Shown here in pieces: positions 31,415 through 32,000 of a stretch of 32,000 nt of DNA (within the stretch, counting starts at the first letter, position 1; each line of letters opens with the position of its first letter). This DNA comes from Candidatus Saccharibacteria bacterium oral taxon 488. GTDB lineage: Bacteria > Patescibacteriota > Saccharimonadia > Saccharimonadales > Saccharimonadaceae. The position numbers were made by a program, and so were the translations under genes. The notes beneath the pieces are model-generated. The model ran no database searches. It saw only the letters and a list, made by a program, of their open reading frames with translations, and was not told the DNA's origin. Location: NCBI GenBank assembly GCA_010202845.1, contig CP047921.1, positions 240,001-272,000 on the forward strand, written 5' to 3'.

Positions 31415-31841
31415 TTTTCAAGCATTGATTTTTGAATGACAAGGGTAGAGTTTTTTCATTTGATAGTTTCGCTATTCCACTAGCCTGCCTTAAATTGCAG
31501 CAGGAGTAGGAGTATACTTGTGCTGCTTATAATTGAGCTAACAAAGAGCAACTGCGCTTTTGGTGGTCAAGGCGATTTATGAGTGGCCATCGTCAAGCTC
31601 TATGACAATGGGCGGCTCTACGTTATTTGCTAGCTAGGGGCGGATCACTGGAAACCAAGTTACGTTTAATGTATTTTATGATATATTTATAGGTGAGTTC
31701 CCGATGGATTACTAATAGGACTTGTGTCTGTAAGCAGATTCTAGATTGCTAACGCCCCGCAAGTCGTCGTCCATCAGGGGTGTACCAAGCAATAACGGGA
31801 CAAATGAGTTCCCTGCTATGTTGAATTGATAGGAGATATCA

Positions 31842-32000
31842 GTGGTCGGAAAAAATTTTAAACAAACAGATCAGGAAAATAAGAGTAAGCCCGCTGTTAA
31901 AAAGCGAAAGCGTGGCTGGCTTATCTTTGGCGGAGTTGTCGTTACCCTTGCCGTTATAGGACATATCAGCAATGCAATGGAACAATCTCGCCTCGAGAAG
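31842..32000 (+). CDS. 5' part of a membrane-anchored protein running off the window end
   Basis: GTG 31842 lies 6 nt after AGGAG (31831-31835), with an in-frame stop at 31827-31829 upstream. Translation is VVGKNFKQTDQENKSKPAVKKRKRGWLIFGGVVVTLAVIGHI..., a basic N-terminus followed by a TM helix, open to base 32000. Confidence 0.4.
   Translation, partial: MVGKNFKQTDQENKSKPAVKKRKRGWLIFGGVVVTLAVIGHISNAMEQSRLEK

Noticed and set aside
1-32000. CRISPR arrays, rRNA/tRNA genes, transposases or integrases, and an alternative genetic code (UGA recoding)
   Set aside because: I saw no short-period repeat arrays. No GGTTCGA-type T-arms occur outside coding regions, and no transposase- or integrase-like ORFs. 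TGA terminates conserved genes at the expected lengths (xseB, kinase, receiver, YvcK-like, helicase), so the standard code applies.

Overview
This 32 kb window is a compact, almost entirely plus-strand bacterial chromosome segment. GC is roughly 50-60% from spot counts of single lines, with several AT-rich patches. The small genes, tight operon coupling and stripped-down dcw cluster suggest a reduced-genome lineage, possibly Patescibacteria/Saccharibacteria-like; I cannot verify taxonomy without a search.

- **0-8 kb:** UPF0104 membrane protein, xseA-xseB, a SAM methyltransferase, a membrane-anchored hypothetical, a sensor-less histidine kinase plus receiver-only regulator coupled to recO, an orphan minus-strand gene, and glyQS.
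- **8.06-11.6 kb (accessory patch):** a very AT-rich SD-led gene, a decayed NUDIX gene remnant that forms a direct repeat with an intact NUDIX gene 1.7 kb downstream, bracketing NYN and AstE/AspA-like genes, then an AbrB-Doc toxin-antitoxin pair.
- **11.6-21.7 kb:** histidine phosphatase, SDR, YvcK-like, HAD, lysA-like, a truncated divergent Rel/SpoT homolog, rnhA, a translationally coupled pair of a possibly DUF4868/KwaB-like protein with a Pif1-type helicase, and a GH1 glycosidase.
- **21.8-30.4 kb:** dcw cluster mraZ-rsmH-ftsL-like-ftsI-mraY-ftsW-murG-ftsQ, without mur ligases or ftsA/ftsZ.
- **30.4-31.8 kb:** a 1.4 kb AT-rich region with no credible ORF and an embedded GC-rich island.

**Most notable observations:**
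- Extended -10 promoters abut start codons across the window, implying leaderless mRNAs.
- A phased TGGGTA array upstream of mraZ looks like an MraZ operator.
- Two unusually long, motif-rich spacers lie inside the dcw operon.
- The KwaB-like/Pif1 pair lacks a KwaA partner.
- The NYN/deacylase/NUDIX cassette is bracketed by NUDIX repeats.

All functional calls rest on motifs I read in the translations; no database search was run.
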